Shown here: one piece after another, positions 52,440-64,000 of the stretch
How positions within the stretch are numbered: position 1 is the stretch's first letter
How the letters are laid out: each line of letters opens with the position of its first letter
Source: Nitrospinales bacterium
GTDB lineage: Bacteria; Nitrospinota; Nitrospinia; Nitrospinales; VA-1
Direction: 5' to 3'
Length of the DNA: 64,000 nucleotides
NCBI GenBank assembly: GCA_965223795.1
Contig: CBDCXL010000002.1
Location: forward strand, 577,036-641,035
Made by a program: the position numbers and the translations under genes
The notes under the pieces: generated by a model
Told to the model about the DNA's origin: nothing
The model's input: only the letters and a program-made list of their open reading frames with translations
Databases searched by the model: none

Positions 52440-53036
52440 TTACTCCAGAACCAGGTTCTGGATACGCGGGAAGGCCTCGCTTTCCTTGAGCAGTTTCTGC
52501 CCCGCCTCGCTGATTCCGTTTCCGAACAATTCCAGGTATTTCAATTCCGAGAGTGTGTTGCTTTCGGCCAGGGCTTTGGCGCCCTCGTCGCCGATTTGAT
52601 TCTGCGCAAGGTCCAGCAGTTCCAGGTTGACCATCTGGATGGACTGGGCCAGTGCCGCCGCGCCTTCAGGCCCGACCTGGTTTTTCCACAGATTGAGCGC
52701 GTTGAGCCGGGAAAACACGGCAGAGCGGGCGATGGCCGTTGCTCCGGCGTCGCCGATGGCGTTGCGCTCCAGGTGCAGGGCCTTGAGCCGGGTCAGCGAT
52801 TTGGCCTCGGCGAGGGCCTGAATGCCTTTATCGGTGATTTCGTTTCTCTCCAGATTGAGTTCCATCACTTCGCCCAGTTTCTGGTGCCGGGCGATGTACT
52901 CGCAGCCCGCATCGCCGATGTATTTGAGCCTGAGATCGAGCACGCTGTGGTCGTTCCCGGCGAGGAACTGCTCGATGAGTGTTTCGATGGGTTGATCGTT
53001 GAAGGGTCGATTCATTTTTGTCGGAGCCTCGGACAA
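52440..53036 (-). CDS. leucine-rich repeat protein (ribonuclease-inhibitor-like LRR)
   Basis: 198 aa with about six 28-residue repeats, for example LNLERNEITDKGIQALAEAKSLTRLKALHLERNAIGDAGATAIA. Confidence 0.8.
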   Translation of the reverse strand: MSEAPTKMNRPFNDQPIETLIEQFLAGNDHSVLDLRLKYIGDAGCEYIARHQKLGEVMELNLERNEITDKGIQALAEAKSLTRLKALHLERNAIGDAGATAIARSAVFSRLNALNLWKNQVGPEGAAALAQSIQMVNLELLDLAQNQIGDEGAKALAESNTLSELKYLELFGNGISEAGQKLLKESEAFPRIQNLVLE

Positions 53037-53089
53037 TTTAGGATTTTTATACGGCCTTGCGCCCGGCCCAATGCGTTTTCAGCGGGCGT

Positions 53090-55705
53090 TCATTTGCGCT
53101 TTTTCTTTTTTGCACGCTCTTCCTGTTTTTTCTCCATGAGATCGAGCCGGTCGCGCAGGGATTTGTTTTCCTGGGCCACGTCGTCCAGCTCGGAACGGAA
53201 GGCTTTCATCTCTTTCGGTTTTTTCGCCGATTCGTGGAGCGCCGCCACGGTTTCCTCGGCGCGCCGCTTGATGCGGCCGTCGGGGTCGTTTTCCGCCAGG
53301 TGCCGCAGCGCGGAAACGGCGGCCAGATCGTCGAGCTGCTTCATGGCCTGAATCGCTCCCAGCTTGCCGCGGAACACGGCGGCGGGCGTGCCGCGCGTCT
53401 CCCGCGCGAAGCGGGTGAACTGCTCGATCGCCTCGGATTTTTTGTGCTCGTAGCGCCGGGCCAGCCGGGCCAGCGCGCGCATGGCGGCGCCGCGGCTGTT
53501 CCGGGCGGCGCCGTAGTCGGCGCCGCGCAGCAGCACCTCCCAGGAGGCTTCCTCTTCCAGCTGCGCCAGCGCGTTGTAGATGGCGGACTGGGCCATGTCG
53601 TTGTGCGAGGGACGGTCGAGCGAATCTTCCAGAATTTCGCGCGCGTCCTCGGCACGCACCCTGCCGAGCGATTCCAGCGCCGCCGCTTCGACGCGGTAGG
53701 AGTCGTCGCCGGCGGCGGTCTTGATGAGCGCTTTGGCGGCCTTGTCATCGTGCAGGAAATTGCCCAGCGCCCGCGCGGCGGCGAAGCGGACTTTCGGGTG
53801 CTTGTGGGCGAGACCCTTGATCAGCGCGTCGCGCGCGGCGTCGCCGCCGATTTTTCCCAGGGCCCGTGCGATGCGTCCGCCCACGCCCCAGAAGCTCTCC
53901 TTGCGCAGCCGCTCTCCCAATATTTTCACGTCCTGCATGGAGGGTTTCTGCGCCAGCGCCGCCGCCGCTTCAATCCGGCCGATGGGGTCCTTGTCGCGCT
54001 TGAGCTGCTCGTGCAAAAGCGAACGGGAAACGTCGAGCTTCACCTTTTTCGCGGGGCAGACGTAATCCGGATCGAGCCGGAAATAAAGCGGCCTGGATTT
54101 CAGACGAAAACAGAATTTCTGCTCGCGGCTTTCAAGGGTGACGGGGAACCGCTCCTCGCCGCGGGAAAAGTAAAACGCCAGATCCAACGGCAGCTTGAAC
54201 AAAAGCTCATCGTCTTTCTTGTCGGCGGTCTGGGTCTGCTTGACGGTGACCACCGCCATCGAGTCCGCCGGCTCCCAGGAATAGCTCAGCTCCAGCCTGG
54301 GGTAGCCGCCGCGGTAGATCCACTGATCGAGCCATTCGTCGTGGTTTTGCGCGGTGACCTCTTCGAGGCAGCGGAAGAAATCGACGGTCTCCACCAGGCC
54401 GTATTCGTGCCGCTTGAGAAAGATCGCCAGCGCCTTGCGGAACACCTCCTCGCCGACGATGGATTTGAGATGGTGCAGGCGCACGGCGCCGCCGGGATAC
54501 AGATGAGCGTCGAACAGGTCGATCGGTTCTTTATAGATGTGCGTGACGATCGGCCGGCGGTACTGCGCCTCTTCGCTGAAATAGGTCTCGGCGTCTTCCA
54601 GGCACTGGTAGCGGAATTCCTCCTCCCCTTTCGATTCGCGCGTGTACAGGGCGTCGAAATAGGTGGCGAACGATTCGTGCAGCCAGGCGTGCGACCAGTT
54701 CTTCGCGGTCACCACATCGCCGAACCACATGTGCGCGGCTTCGTGGGCCACCAGCCCGTTGGAGTCGATGTCCAGCGCCGCGCGGTCGTCGTGCAGGGTG
54801 AGGTCGGTCTGGGTGGTGACGGTGAAGTTCTCCATGCCGCCGAACACGAACTCGGGCACGGCGATCTGGGTGTAGTGTTCGTAGGGATAGGGATAACCGG
54901 TGTAGCCGGAAAAAAAAGAGAGAATTTTTCCGGTGTCCTTGAACGCGTTGTGGCCCTCGTTCATGCGGCCCCGCTGGACGTACCACTTGATGTCCACGCC
55001 CTTGCTGTGGCTGGTGTGCCCTTCGAAATCGCCCGCCACGATGGAAAGCAGGTAGGTCGAATAGGGAATCTCCAGCTTGTAATGATACAGCGATTCCGTG
55101 TCGGTGTGCTTTTCCCGCAACAACCTGCCGTTGGACAGCCCGAACAGCTTGGGCGGCAGGTGCAGGATCACTTCGGTGGTCTGCTTGAAGTTGGGCTTGT
55201 CGAAACAGGGGAAGTAGTAGCGCGAGTCCTCGTCCTGGCCCTGGGTCCAGACGGTCTGGAAGCGGTCCGGATACTCGCTATCGGGCTTGGTGAAATAGAT
55301 CCCGGCCACCGGGCGGGTCACCGAGTGCAGCAGGTTCACCTTGACCGTCGAGCCCGGCTTGAACGGCTTTTTCGCGAACAGGCGCACGTTCTCGCCGGTG
55401 TTTTCAAACTCGACCGGGTCGTTTCCAATCCGCGCCTCGCTGATTTCAAGATCCACCGCATCGAGCACGACGTCGCGCACGTCCGCCCCCTTGACGCACA
55501 GGTCGTAGGTGGTGCTGCCCCAGACCCGCTCCTCCTCCCAGTCGAAATGCAGGGACAGCTGCAGATGTTTTGGAACGAGCGGCGTGTCGGGGGTGAAATG
55601 GGCTTTTGCGCCTTTTTGGGCAAATGATTTGCGGTCGAGCAGCCCCCAGTGTTCGGACTCGCCGTTTGAAAAATGGCATTTGCAGTAACGGGTCGCGCTC
55701 ATCAA
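53090..55705 (-). CDS. pepN: M1-family aminopeptidase N with C-terminal HEAT-like repeats and a Lys-rich tail
   Basis: 871 aa. It has a GAMEN-like motif FGGMENF, the zinc motif HEAAHMWFGD(X18)E, HEAT-like repeats (AARALGNF ..., VEAAALESLG) and a tail EERAKKKKRK. Confidence 0.88.
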   Translation of the reverse strand: MMSATRYCKCHFSNGESEHWGLLDRKSFAQKGAKAHFTPDTPLVPKHLQLSLHFDWEEERVWGSTTYDLCVKGADVRDVVLDAVDLEISEARIGNDPVEFENTGENVRLFAKKPFKPGSTVKVNLLHSVTRPVAGIYFTKPDSEYPDRFQTVWTQGQDEDSRYYFPCFDKPNFKQTTEVILHLPPKLFGLSNGRLLREKHTDTESLYHYKLEIPYSTYLLSIVAGDFEGHTSHSKGVDIKWYVQRGRMNEGHNAFKDTGKILSFFSGYTGYPYPYEHYTQIAVPEFVFGGMENFTVTTQTDLTLHDDRAALDIDSNGLVAHEAAHMWFGDVVTAKNWSHAWLHESFATYFDALYTRESKGEEEFRYQCLEDAETYFSEEAQYRRPIVTHIYKEPIDLFDAHLYPGGAVRLHHLKSIVGEEVFRKALAIFLKRHEYGLVETVDFFRCLEEVTAQNHDEWLDQWIYRGGYPRLELSYSWEPADSMAVVTVKQTQTADKKDDELLFKLPLDLAFYFSRGEERFPVTLESREQKFCFRLKSRPLYFRLDPDYVCPAKKVKLDVSRSLLHEQLKRDKDPIGRIEAAAALAQKPSMQDVKILGERLRKESFWGVGGRIARALGKIGGDAARDALIKGLAHKHPKVRFAAARALGNFLHDDKAAKALIKTAAGDDSYRVEAAALESLGRVRAEDAREILEDSLDRPSHNDMAQSAIYNALAQLEEEASWEVLLRGADYGAARNSRGAAMRALARLARRYEHKKSEAIEQFTRFARETRGTPAAVFRGKLGAIQAMKQLDDLAAVSALRHLAENDPDGRIKRRAEETVAALHESAKKPKEMKAFRSELDDVAQENKSLRDRLDLMEKKQEERAKKKKRK

Positions 55706-55901
55706 TGTGGCTCGCTGGTTCGACGCTCCAAACTCCGCCGCCTGAGAGGGAAACGGGAGTCTCTCCGGAAGACGGGCAATAGGTCATTCTATAAGCCTTT
55801 TGCGGGTTGTCAAGCGAAGGGCCGCGCCCTTTAGGGCGGAACCGCAGGCAGGGTTCTTTCCCCCTGCCGATGTTCGCGGCCGGAGCCTGCGGCATTTTGA
55901 T

Positions 55902-55930
55902 TTGTCAATGGACGCCGGGAGACCTAATAT
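55902..55930 (+). promoter_or_regulatory. promoter candidate for the DUF58-BatA operon
   Basis: TTGTCA (55902-55907), a 17-bp spacer, then TAATAT (55925-55930), 34 nt before the GTG start at 55964. Confidence 0.3.
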
Positions 55931-55963
55931 AAAAGGACCGTTTCCTCTATCCAGGACAGAGAC

Positions 55964-56878
55964 GTGCAGGAAAACAAATCCGACATCTACGACCCGGAAG
56001 TGCTGGCGCGGATCTCCGCCCTCAAAATCCAGGCGATGAGCCTTGTGGAGGGGCTCCTGTCGGGCAACCACCGCAGCCGCCACAAGGGCTCCAGCGTCGA
56101 GTTCGCGGAATACAAGGATTACACGCCCGGCGACGAGATCCGCCACATCGACTGGAAAGTGGCGGGCAAGACCGACAAATACCACGTCAAGCAGTTCGAG
56201 CAGTCCACCAACCTCAAGTGCACGATCCTGCTGGACGCGAGCGGCTCGATGGGCTACGTGACGCCGGAGCCGGACGGCCGGGTGACCAAAATGGACTACG
56301 CCCGCACGCTGGTGGCGTCTTTGTCCTGCCTTTTGCTCAAGCAGTTCGATGCGGTGGGGCTGGCGCTGTTCAACGATACGGTGGTGCGGCACATCCCGCC
56401 GCGCTCCAAAACCTCGCACCTGCAGCACATCCTGCACGAGCTGGCGGTGATGCAGCCCAAGGGCGTGACCCGCATCGACCAGGTGGTCGGCGGCCTCGTC
56501 GAGCGGATTTCCAGCCGCGGCATGCTGATCCTGGTTTCGGATTTTCTGACGCGGGACGACGATCTGTACCACGATCTCAAGCTCCTCATCTCGCGCGGGC
56601 TGGAAGTGATCCTGTTTCAGATTCTCGATCCGGACGAAGTGACGCTTCCTTTTGAGGGAGACACGGTGTTCGAATCGCTGGAGGACGATCCCAGCATCGG
56701 CCTCGAACCCGAGGACATCCGCGAAGCGTATCAGAACATGATCCAGGAGCTGATCGAATCGAACCGCAGGCACTGCCACGGCCTGGGCATCGACTACGTG
56801 TTCCTCGATACCGCGACGCCGCTGGACCAGGCCCTCAGTTATTATCTATTGCGGCGGCAGAGCCTGAGCCGCGTGTGA
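55964..56878 (+). CDS. DUF58 domain protein (MoxR-associated, vWA-like)
   Basis: 304 aa with a GTG start. The DUF58 pattern is HRSRHKGSSVEFAEYKDYTPGDEIRHIDWKVAGKTDKYHVKQFE. Confidence 0.85.
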   Translation: MQENKSDIYDPEVLARISALKIQAMSLVEGLLSGNHRSRHKGSSVEFAEYKDYTPGDEIRHIDWKVAGKTDKYHVKQFEQSTNLKCTILLDASGSMGYVTPEPDGRVTKMDYARTLVASLSCLLLKQFDAVGLALFNDTVVRHIPPRSKTSHLQHILHELAVMQPKGVTRIDQVVGGLVERISSRGMLILVSDFLTRDDDLYHDLKLLISRGLEVILFQILDPDEVTLPFEGDTVFESLEDDPSIGLEPEDIREAYQNMIQELIESNRRHCHGLGIDYVFLDTATPLDQALSYYLLRRQSLSRV

Positions 56879-56909
56879 GTATCCCGATTGTGAAAGCGTC
56901 CTTTCGCTC

Positions 56910-59063
56910 ATGAGCCTGAACTTTCTGTCTCCCATTTTTCTGTACGGCCTGCTGGGCCTGTCGATTCCCGTTCTGATCCACCTGCTGACGAAACGGCAGC
57001 AGAAGAAGGTGCGGTTTTCGGCGGTGTACCTGCTGTTTCAATCGCAGAAGCGCTCGATCAAGCGGTCCGCGCCCAACCGGCTCTTCCTGCTTTTCATCCG
57101 CTGCCTGGCCATCGCCCTGCTCAGCCTGGCGCTGGCGAACCCCATCTTTTCGTTCAGCGGACCGGGGGCGGATTTTCCGTCGGAACCCTCGGCGACGGTG
57201 ATCGTGCTCGACGACAGCTACAGCATGGCGGCGCAGGCCGATGAGAGCACGCTGTACGCGGAAGCGGCCGCGGCGCTGGAATCGCACCTGGAAGAAATTC
57301 CCGCGGACAGCAAGTACTGCCTGCTGCTGGCGTCGTCGCCGCCCCGGCTGCTGGAGAACTGGTCGTCGGACCCGGACGCGGGCATGCGCAAACTGAAAGC
57401 GTCGCAGGTGTCCTTCGCGACGACTGAGATCGGTCCCGCCCTCAAGCAGGCTGCGGATCTGCTCGACCCGATGGCGGAGAAGAAAAAACGCATCCTGCTT
57501 CTGACCGACCGCGACCGCAACGGCTGGGATCCGGAAACCTTTCCCGACAGCGCGGAGCGGGCGTTGTATCCGGTGCGGGTGGTGGATTTTTCCAGCCTGC
57601 AGAGCTCACCCAACCGGGCGGCGGTGGAATCGGTGGAGGTGCGGCAGGAGTTTCTCACCAACAGCCGGGTGCTGCGGGTGAAAACGGGCGTCCTGAACCT
57701 GGCCGCGGACGGCTCGACGGCCCGGCTTGAGGTTTCGCTGTTGACCGGCGACAAGAACGTGAGCGAAGCCAAGGTTGAGGTGCTGGACCGGGTGGAGCAG
57801 GAATTTTCGTATCCGCTGCCGGGGAGCGATCCGGTTCCCGGCCGCATCGAAATCTCCGAGGACGGCCTGCTGGTGGACAACGTGCGGCATTTCTCCTACC
57901 AGCCCGACCAGAAAATCAAAGTGCTGGTGGTGGACGGCGACCCCAAGACGGTGGCGCACCAGAGCGAGTCGTTTTACCTGGAACGGGCGCTCAACCCGTT
58001 TTCCACCACGCTCTCCAACATCGAGCCGACAGTGTCCACGCCGGAAGAGCTGGCGGTGCGCAACCTGTTCGATTACTCGGTGCTCATCTTCTCCAACGTG
58101 GATGAGCTGCCGTTCGACTACATCCTCAACCTGGAAAAATACGTGATGGCGGGGGGCGCGCTGTTCGTGGCGCTGGGGGACCAGGTCGATCCGAAATACT
58201 ACAACGAAAAGCTGGGCAACCTTCTGCCCGTCAAACTGAAAGCGCTGCAGCAGGTGGGACGTGAGAACGAACCGTTCCGGCTGAAATTCGCCAACACCGA
58301 CCATCCGGTGCTCAGGATTTTCAAGGACAAGACGCTGGAAGAGATGAAAGGCATCCGCTTTCATTCGCTGTTCAGCGTCGAGTTGAAACCGGAACGCAAG
58401 GTCCGTGTGGCGATGCGCTTTCGCAACGAGGCGCCCGCCCTCATCGAGTCGGATCTGGGCAAGGGGAAGGTGATTCTGTTCGCCTCCAGCCTCGACCGGG
58501 ACTGGAACGATTTTCCCATTCAACCGACGTTCCTGCCCTGGATCCAGCGGTGGGTCAAGTATTCGGCGCGCGGCCTAGAAAGCATCTTAAGGCAGGACCT
58601 TGTGGTGGGCGAGGTGTTCGCGCCGGCGTTCGAGGTGGAGGAGGCGCGCTATTTCGTGACGACGCCGGGTGGCCGCACCGCGGAGCTGTTCAAAACCGAG
58701 GCGGGCCTGTCCTTCTCGGAAACGCACCGGCCGGGGGTGTACGTGCTGCATCGGGTGCCGCTGGAAAAAGCGCGTGCCGCCGAAGACGAAAACACCGCCT
58801 TTAAAATCGTGTCCAGCCTGCCGGAGAACGCCGAGCCGGTGGGCGCGTTCACCGTCAACATCGACACCGCCGAATCGGCTCCGGGAAAAATTTCGGATGC
58901 GGAAATCCGCACGCTTCTGGGGGAGGCCCCGGTGGAGTTTTTCTCGGGCGAGGATTTTCGCGCCCCTTCCGGCACATCGGAGGGATTCCCCCTGACCACA
59001 CCGTTTTTCCTGGGGGTGGCGGGCCTGTTTCTGCTCGAAGGCTGGATCCTGCGAAAAGAATGA
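56910..59063 (+). CDS. BatA-N-domain membrane protein (aerotolerance/Bat-like, 717 aa)
   Basis: The N-terminus is FLSPIFLYGLLGLSIPVLIHLLTKRQQKKVRFSAVYLL. It has a C-terminal TM segment and follows DUF58. Confidence 0.75.
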   Translation: MSLNFLSPIFLYGLLGLSIPVLIHLLTKRQQKKVRFSAVYLLFQSQKRSIKRSAPNRLFLLFIRCLAIALLSLALANPIFSFSGPGADFPSEPSATVIVLDDSYSMAAQADESTLYAEAAAALESHLEEIPADSKYCLLLASSPPRLLENWSSDPDAGMRKLKASQVSFATTEIGPALKQAADLLDPMAEKKKRILLLTDRDRNGWDPETFPDSAERALYPVRVVDFSSLQSSPNRAAVESVEVRQEFLTNSRVLRVKTGVLNLAADGSTARLEVSLLTGDKNVSEAKVEVLDRVEQEFSYPLPGSDPVPGRIEISEDGLLVDNVRHFSYQPDQKIKVLVVDGDPKTVAHQSESFYLERALNPFSTTLSNIEPTVSTPEELAVRNLFDYSVLIFSNVDELPFDYILNLEKYVMAGGALFVALGDQVDPKYYNEKLGNLLPVKLKALQQVGRENEPFRLKFANTDHPVLRIFKDKTLEEMKGIRFHSLFSVELKPERKVRVAMRFRNEAPALIESDLGKGKVILFASSLDRDWNDFPIQPTFLPWIQRWVKYSARGLESILRQDLVVGEVFAPAFEVEEARYFVTTPGGRTAELFKTEAGLSFSETHRPGVYVLHRVPLEKARAAEDENTAFKIVSSLPENAEPVGAFTVNIDTAESAPGKISDAEIRTLLGEAPVEFFSGEDFRAPSGTSEGFPLTTPFFLGVAGLFLLEGWILRKE

Positions 59064-59070
59064 AACCGCC

Positions 59071-59267
59071 GGGAATTCCGCCGCGACCGCCCTCCCCGCC
59101 CGCGGACGCGAGCCTCCGCCATTTCGGATCGATCGATCCGATTCACTATTTGGTTTATACTGCCACCATTTTTATATACAATTTCATATAAAATCGCGCT
59201 CCGGCATGCACAGCGGCAACCGCGGACCGTTTGACGGCGGAGTCCTGTGGGCGGCGGCGGAATTCCC
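59071..59267. repeat. 14-bp perfect inverted repeat pair flanking an AT-rich core
   Basis: GGGAATTCCGCCGC (59071-59084) and GCGGCGGAATTCCC (59254-59267) are separated by 169 nt, in the intergenic region upstream of the hybrid kinase. Confidence 0.6.
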
Positions 59268-59317
59268 TTGCCCGAACTGGCACACGTGATGAATGACTTT
59301 AACGCGGCGGTATCCTG

Positions 59318-61826
<2,509 letters not shown>

Positions 61827-61837
<11 letters not shown>

Positions 61838-62960
61838 GGGGCTTCGTGGCAAGCAGATCCTGATCGTCGACGACACCCCCGCCAACATCGACGTGCTCGA
61901 CCAGTTCCTCGAACAGGAGGGCTACCGCATCTCGGTGGCTTCCAGCGGCGAGGCGGCGCTGAAGCTGATCAAAAAGACGCTGCCGGACCTCATTTTACTG
62001 GATGTGATGATGCCGGGCATCGACGGGTTCGAGACCTGCCGCAGGCTGAAGAAGCTGGACGCGGCGGCGGAGATCCCGGTGATCTTTATCACCGCCAAGA
62101 ACGAAACCGCGGACATCGTCAAAGGCTTCACGCTGGGCGGCGTCGATTACATCACCAAACCGTTCCGGCAGGAGGAGGTGTCCGCGCGCATCCGCATTCA
62201 TCTCAAGCTCAAGCACCTCATCGAAGAGCTGGAACGGAAGAACAAAAAGCTCATCGAACTCAACGATCTCAAGATCAAGTTTCTGGGGATGGCGTCGCAC
62301 GACCTGAGAAATCCGCTGGCTTCGATCCAGGGGTTTTCGAAAATGCTGATCGATCATGGCAGTGAGCTTCCCGAAGAAACGCGCAACGAGTTTCTGCATT
62401 CCATCCACAAGGTGAGCAACGAGATGCTGCACCTGCTGGGCGACCTGCTCAATATCTCGGTCATCGAGAGCGGCCGGCTGGAACTCAAGCCCACGCCGGG
62501 GTCGATCAAGGCGCTGGTGGAAGAAAAAGTCCGCATGTATAAAACCGTGGCGGAGCGCAAGAACATCGGCACGCACACCGAGATCGAGGACGTGGCGGAA
62601 TTTTCCTTCGACCCGCACCGCATCGGCCAGGTGCTGGACAACCTGCTGACCAACGCCATCAAGTATTCGCCGCCGGGCAAGCAGATCTACATCCTGCTGG
62701 AGCAGAACGGCGATAGCGTCCGCTTCAGCGTGCGCGACGAAGGACCGGGGATTTCCATGGAAGACCGGGACAAGCTGTTCAAGCACTTCGGCAAGCTCGA
62801 CACCAAGCCGACGGGAGACGAGCCGAGCCACGGGCTGGGCCTCGCCATCGCGCGCAAGATGATCGAGGCGCACCACGGCAAGATCGAGGTGGAAAGCACG
62901 CCCGGCAAGGGCTCGACCTTCCGGTTTGAAATTCCGATGGGGAATGCGGGGACGGGGTGA
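61827..62960 (+). CDS. response-regulator receiver fused to a histidine kinase (REC-HisKA-HATPase_c)
   Basis: 377 aa with DLILLDVMMPGIDG, the H-box FLGMASHDLRNPLASI and the G-box HGLGLAI. It overlaps the upstream kinase gene by 11 nt. Confidence 0.88.
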
Positions 62961-62973
62961 AAAGCTAAAGACG

Positions 62974-63002
62974 GTCTCGCGCAAAGCCGCGAAGACGCAA
63001 AG
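62974..63002. repeat. solo copy of the left end of the family A long element
   Basis: GTCTCGCGCAAAGCCGCGAAGACGCAAAG matches 8810-8838 (GTCTCGCGCAAAGACGCGAAGACGCAAAT) with 2 mismatches. It lies at the left border of the AT-rich insert. Confidence 0.7.
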
Positions 63003-63103
63003 AAAAGCGAAAACTTAATACAGGATGACAGGATGAAATTCAGGAAAGCCTAATGATCCAGGTGAATCGAATATAAACTTATTCCCTACTTGGAAGGGTT
63101 GAA

Positions 63104-63687
63104 ATGAATTTAAAAGTAAAACTTCTTACTTTTCTTATCACTTTTAGCATCAGTATTTCAATTCAAGTAAGTCAAGTGAATGCTCAGGGTGTTTCCCGCG
63201 AAGATATTTTAAAATACGATCATGTTTCAATATATTACACACATCCTGACATCATTACTCATCCGCTAATCACGATGTTGAATATTGAAGATCAGAGTCT
63301 CCATGAACTAGTTATTGGCAATGAAGAGCAAATTAAAATAATCAGAACTATTCTTAACAAGTCTTTAGCTGATTATGAAAAATCCAATGTAAATCTCAGG
63401 ATAATTAATAAATCCAGTATTTTTTAAAAGTTGTTTTTCATAAAGATATTTCATTAAAAGAAATTTGGTATATAGACAGAAAGGGAAATTTTTTATGGGA
63501 AAAAGACAAAGAAATGTTCGGAAAAAATGAAAAAATTACCAATGATATGAAGGGTAAAGAAAAAATATCGCTTGCGATTACTCTTGAAGGCAAATTACCT
63601 AAAATACTCTTGGATGAATTAACTCAACAATGCGAACAAATGAGCGATATTGTGGATTTCAAATATCTAAGAAATAAAATTTATTAA
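63104..63687 (+). pseudogene. AT-rich gene split by a frameshift at a T6 tract (secreted hypothetical protein)
   Basis: ORF-a (63104-63427, signal-peptide-like MNLKVKLLTFLITFSISISIQVSQVNA) stops right after T6 (63420-63425). Frame -1 stays open from 63412 to the TAA at 63685-63687. One extra T would fuse them into an ORF of about 193 aa. Confidence 0.5.
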
Positions 63688-64000
63688 TGATCGAATTATT
63701 CAGCCAACCGGAAGCGTGGGCTGCCCTCATTGCCTTGTCGGCAATGGAAATTGTCCTGGGCATCGACAATCTGATTTTCATCACCATCGTGACCAACCGA
63801 TTGCCCGAATCGGAACGGCCGCTTGCGCGCCGCATCGGGTTTGGCCTGGCGCTTGGATTTCGCATTCTACTCCTGTTCACCATTGTCTGGCTCGCCGGGC
63901 TCACGGCCACGGTCTTCGACCTCGGGTGGAGCGGTCCGGTTGACGACCACGGCGAGCCGAGTTTTGAAACCGCTTTTTCGTGGCGGGATTTGATCTTGAT
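63687..64000 (+). CDS. TerC-family integral membrane protein, N-terminal part (3' end lies outside the window)
   Basis: MIELFSQPEAWAALIALSAMEIVLGIDNLIFITIVTNRLPESERPLARRIGFGLALGFRILLL is a TerC/YoaE-type signature. The frame is open to the window end. The gene is absent from the ORF track because no stop codon falls inside the window. Confidence 0.85.
   Translation, partial: MIELFSQPEAWAALIALSAMEIVLGIDNLIFITIVTNRLPESERPLARRIGFGLALGFRILLLFTIVWLAGLTATVFDLGWSGPVDDHGEPSFETAFSWRDLIL

Overview
This is a 64-kb chromosomal window of high GC content. My hand counts of 60-nt samples gave about 58-62% GC in pnp and aspS. The gene content and protein signatures suggest a nitrite-oxidising bacterium of the Nitrospina/Nitrospinota type; that assignment is an inference.

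I can support about 60 protein genes, one RNase P RNA, several rho-independent terminators and a few near-consensus promoters. I found no tRNA, rRNA, CRISPR array, transposase or integrase.

Landmarks, in order:
- the conserved infB-DUF503-rbfA-truB-rpsO-pnp block
- surE and a 2-Cys peroxiredoxin
- a CDF transporter
- an OmpR-type two-component pair divergent from a delta-9-type fatty-acid desaturase
- a compact Fe-S maturation neighbourhood (bolA-grxD-Prx-like, divergent from erpA and a ygfZ-TPR fusion)
- a complete periplasmic-type nitrite oxidoreductase operon (nxrA, nxrB, TorD-like chaperone, nxrC) flanked by uncharacterised genes
- a run of poorly characterised genes (giant TPR protein, 657-aa orphan, B12-binding radical SAM enzyme, acidic 166-aa protein, NapG/MauM-like ferredoxin)
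- aspS and rnpB
- a yajC-secD-secF operon
- M1 aminopeptidase, DUF58/BatA, and two hybrid-type sensor kinases
- an AT-rich insert next to a partial TerC-family gene at the window edge

The observations most worth following up:
- YajC carries a C-terminal J-domain-like extension in which the HPD motif reads RPD.
- Bacterial counterparts of the mitochondrial late Fe-S machinery (Grx, BolA, A-type carrier, YgfZ/IBA57) are clustered, together with a YgfZ-TPR fusion and a peroxiredoxin-fold protein that lacks the peroxidatic cysteine.
- An HExxH/zinc-ribbon protein and a 566-aa orphan flank the nxr operon.
- A radical SAM enzyme has Cx4Cx2C spacing, and the nearby ferredoxin has internalised twin-arginine motifs.
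- Three families of structured dispersed repeats are present, one with MITE-like inverted ends.
- The AT-rich insert carries a gene split at a T6 tract.

Many long ORFs in the supplied track are antisense artefacts of the high GC content, and I rejected them.
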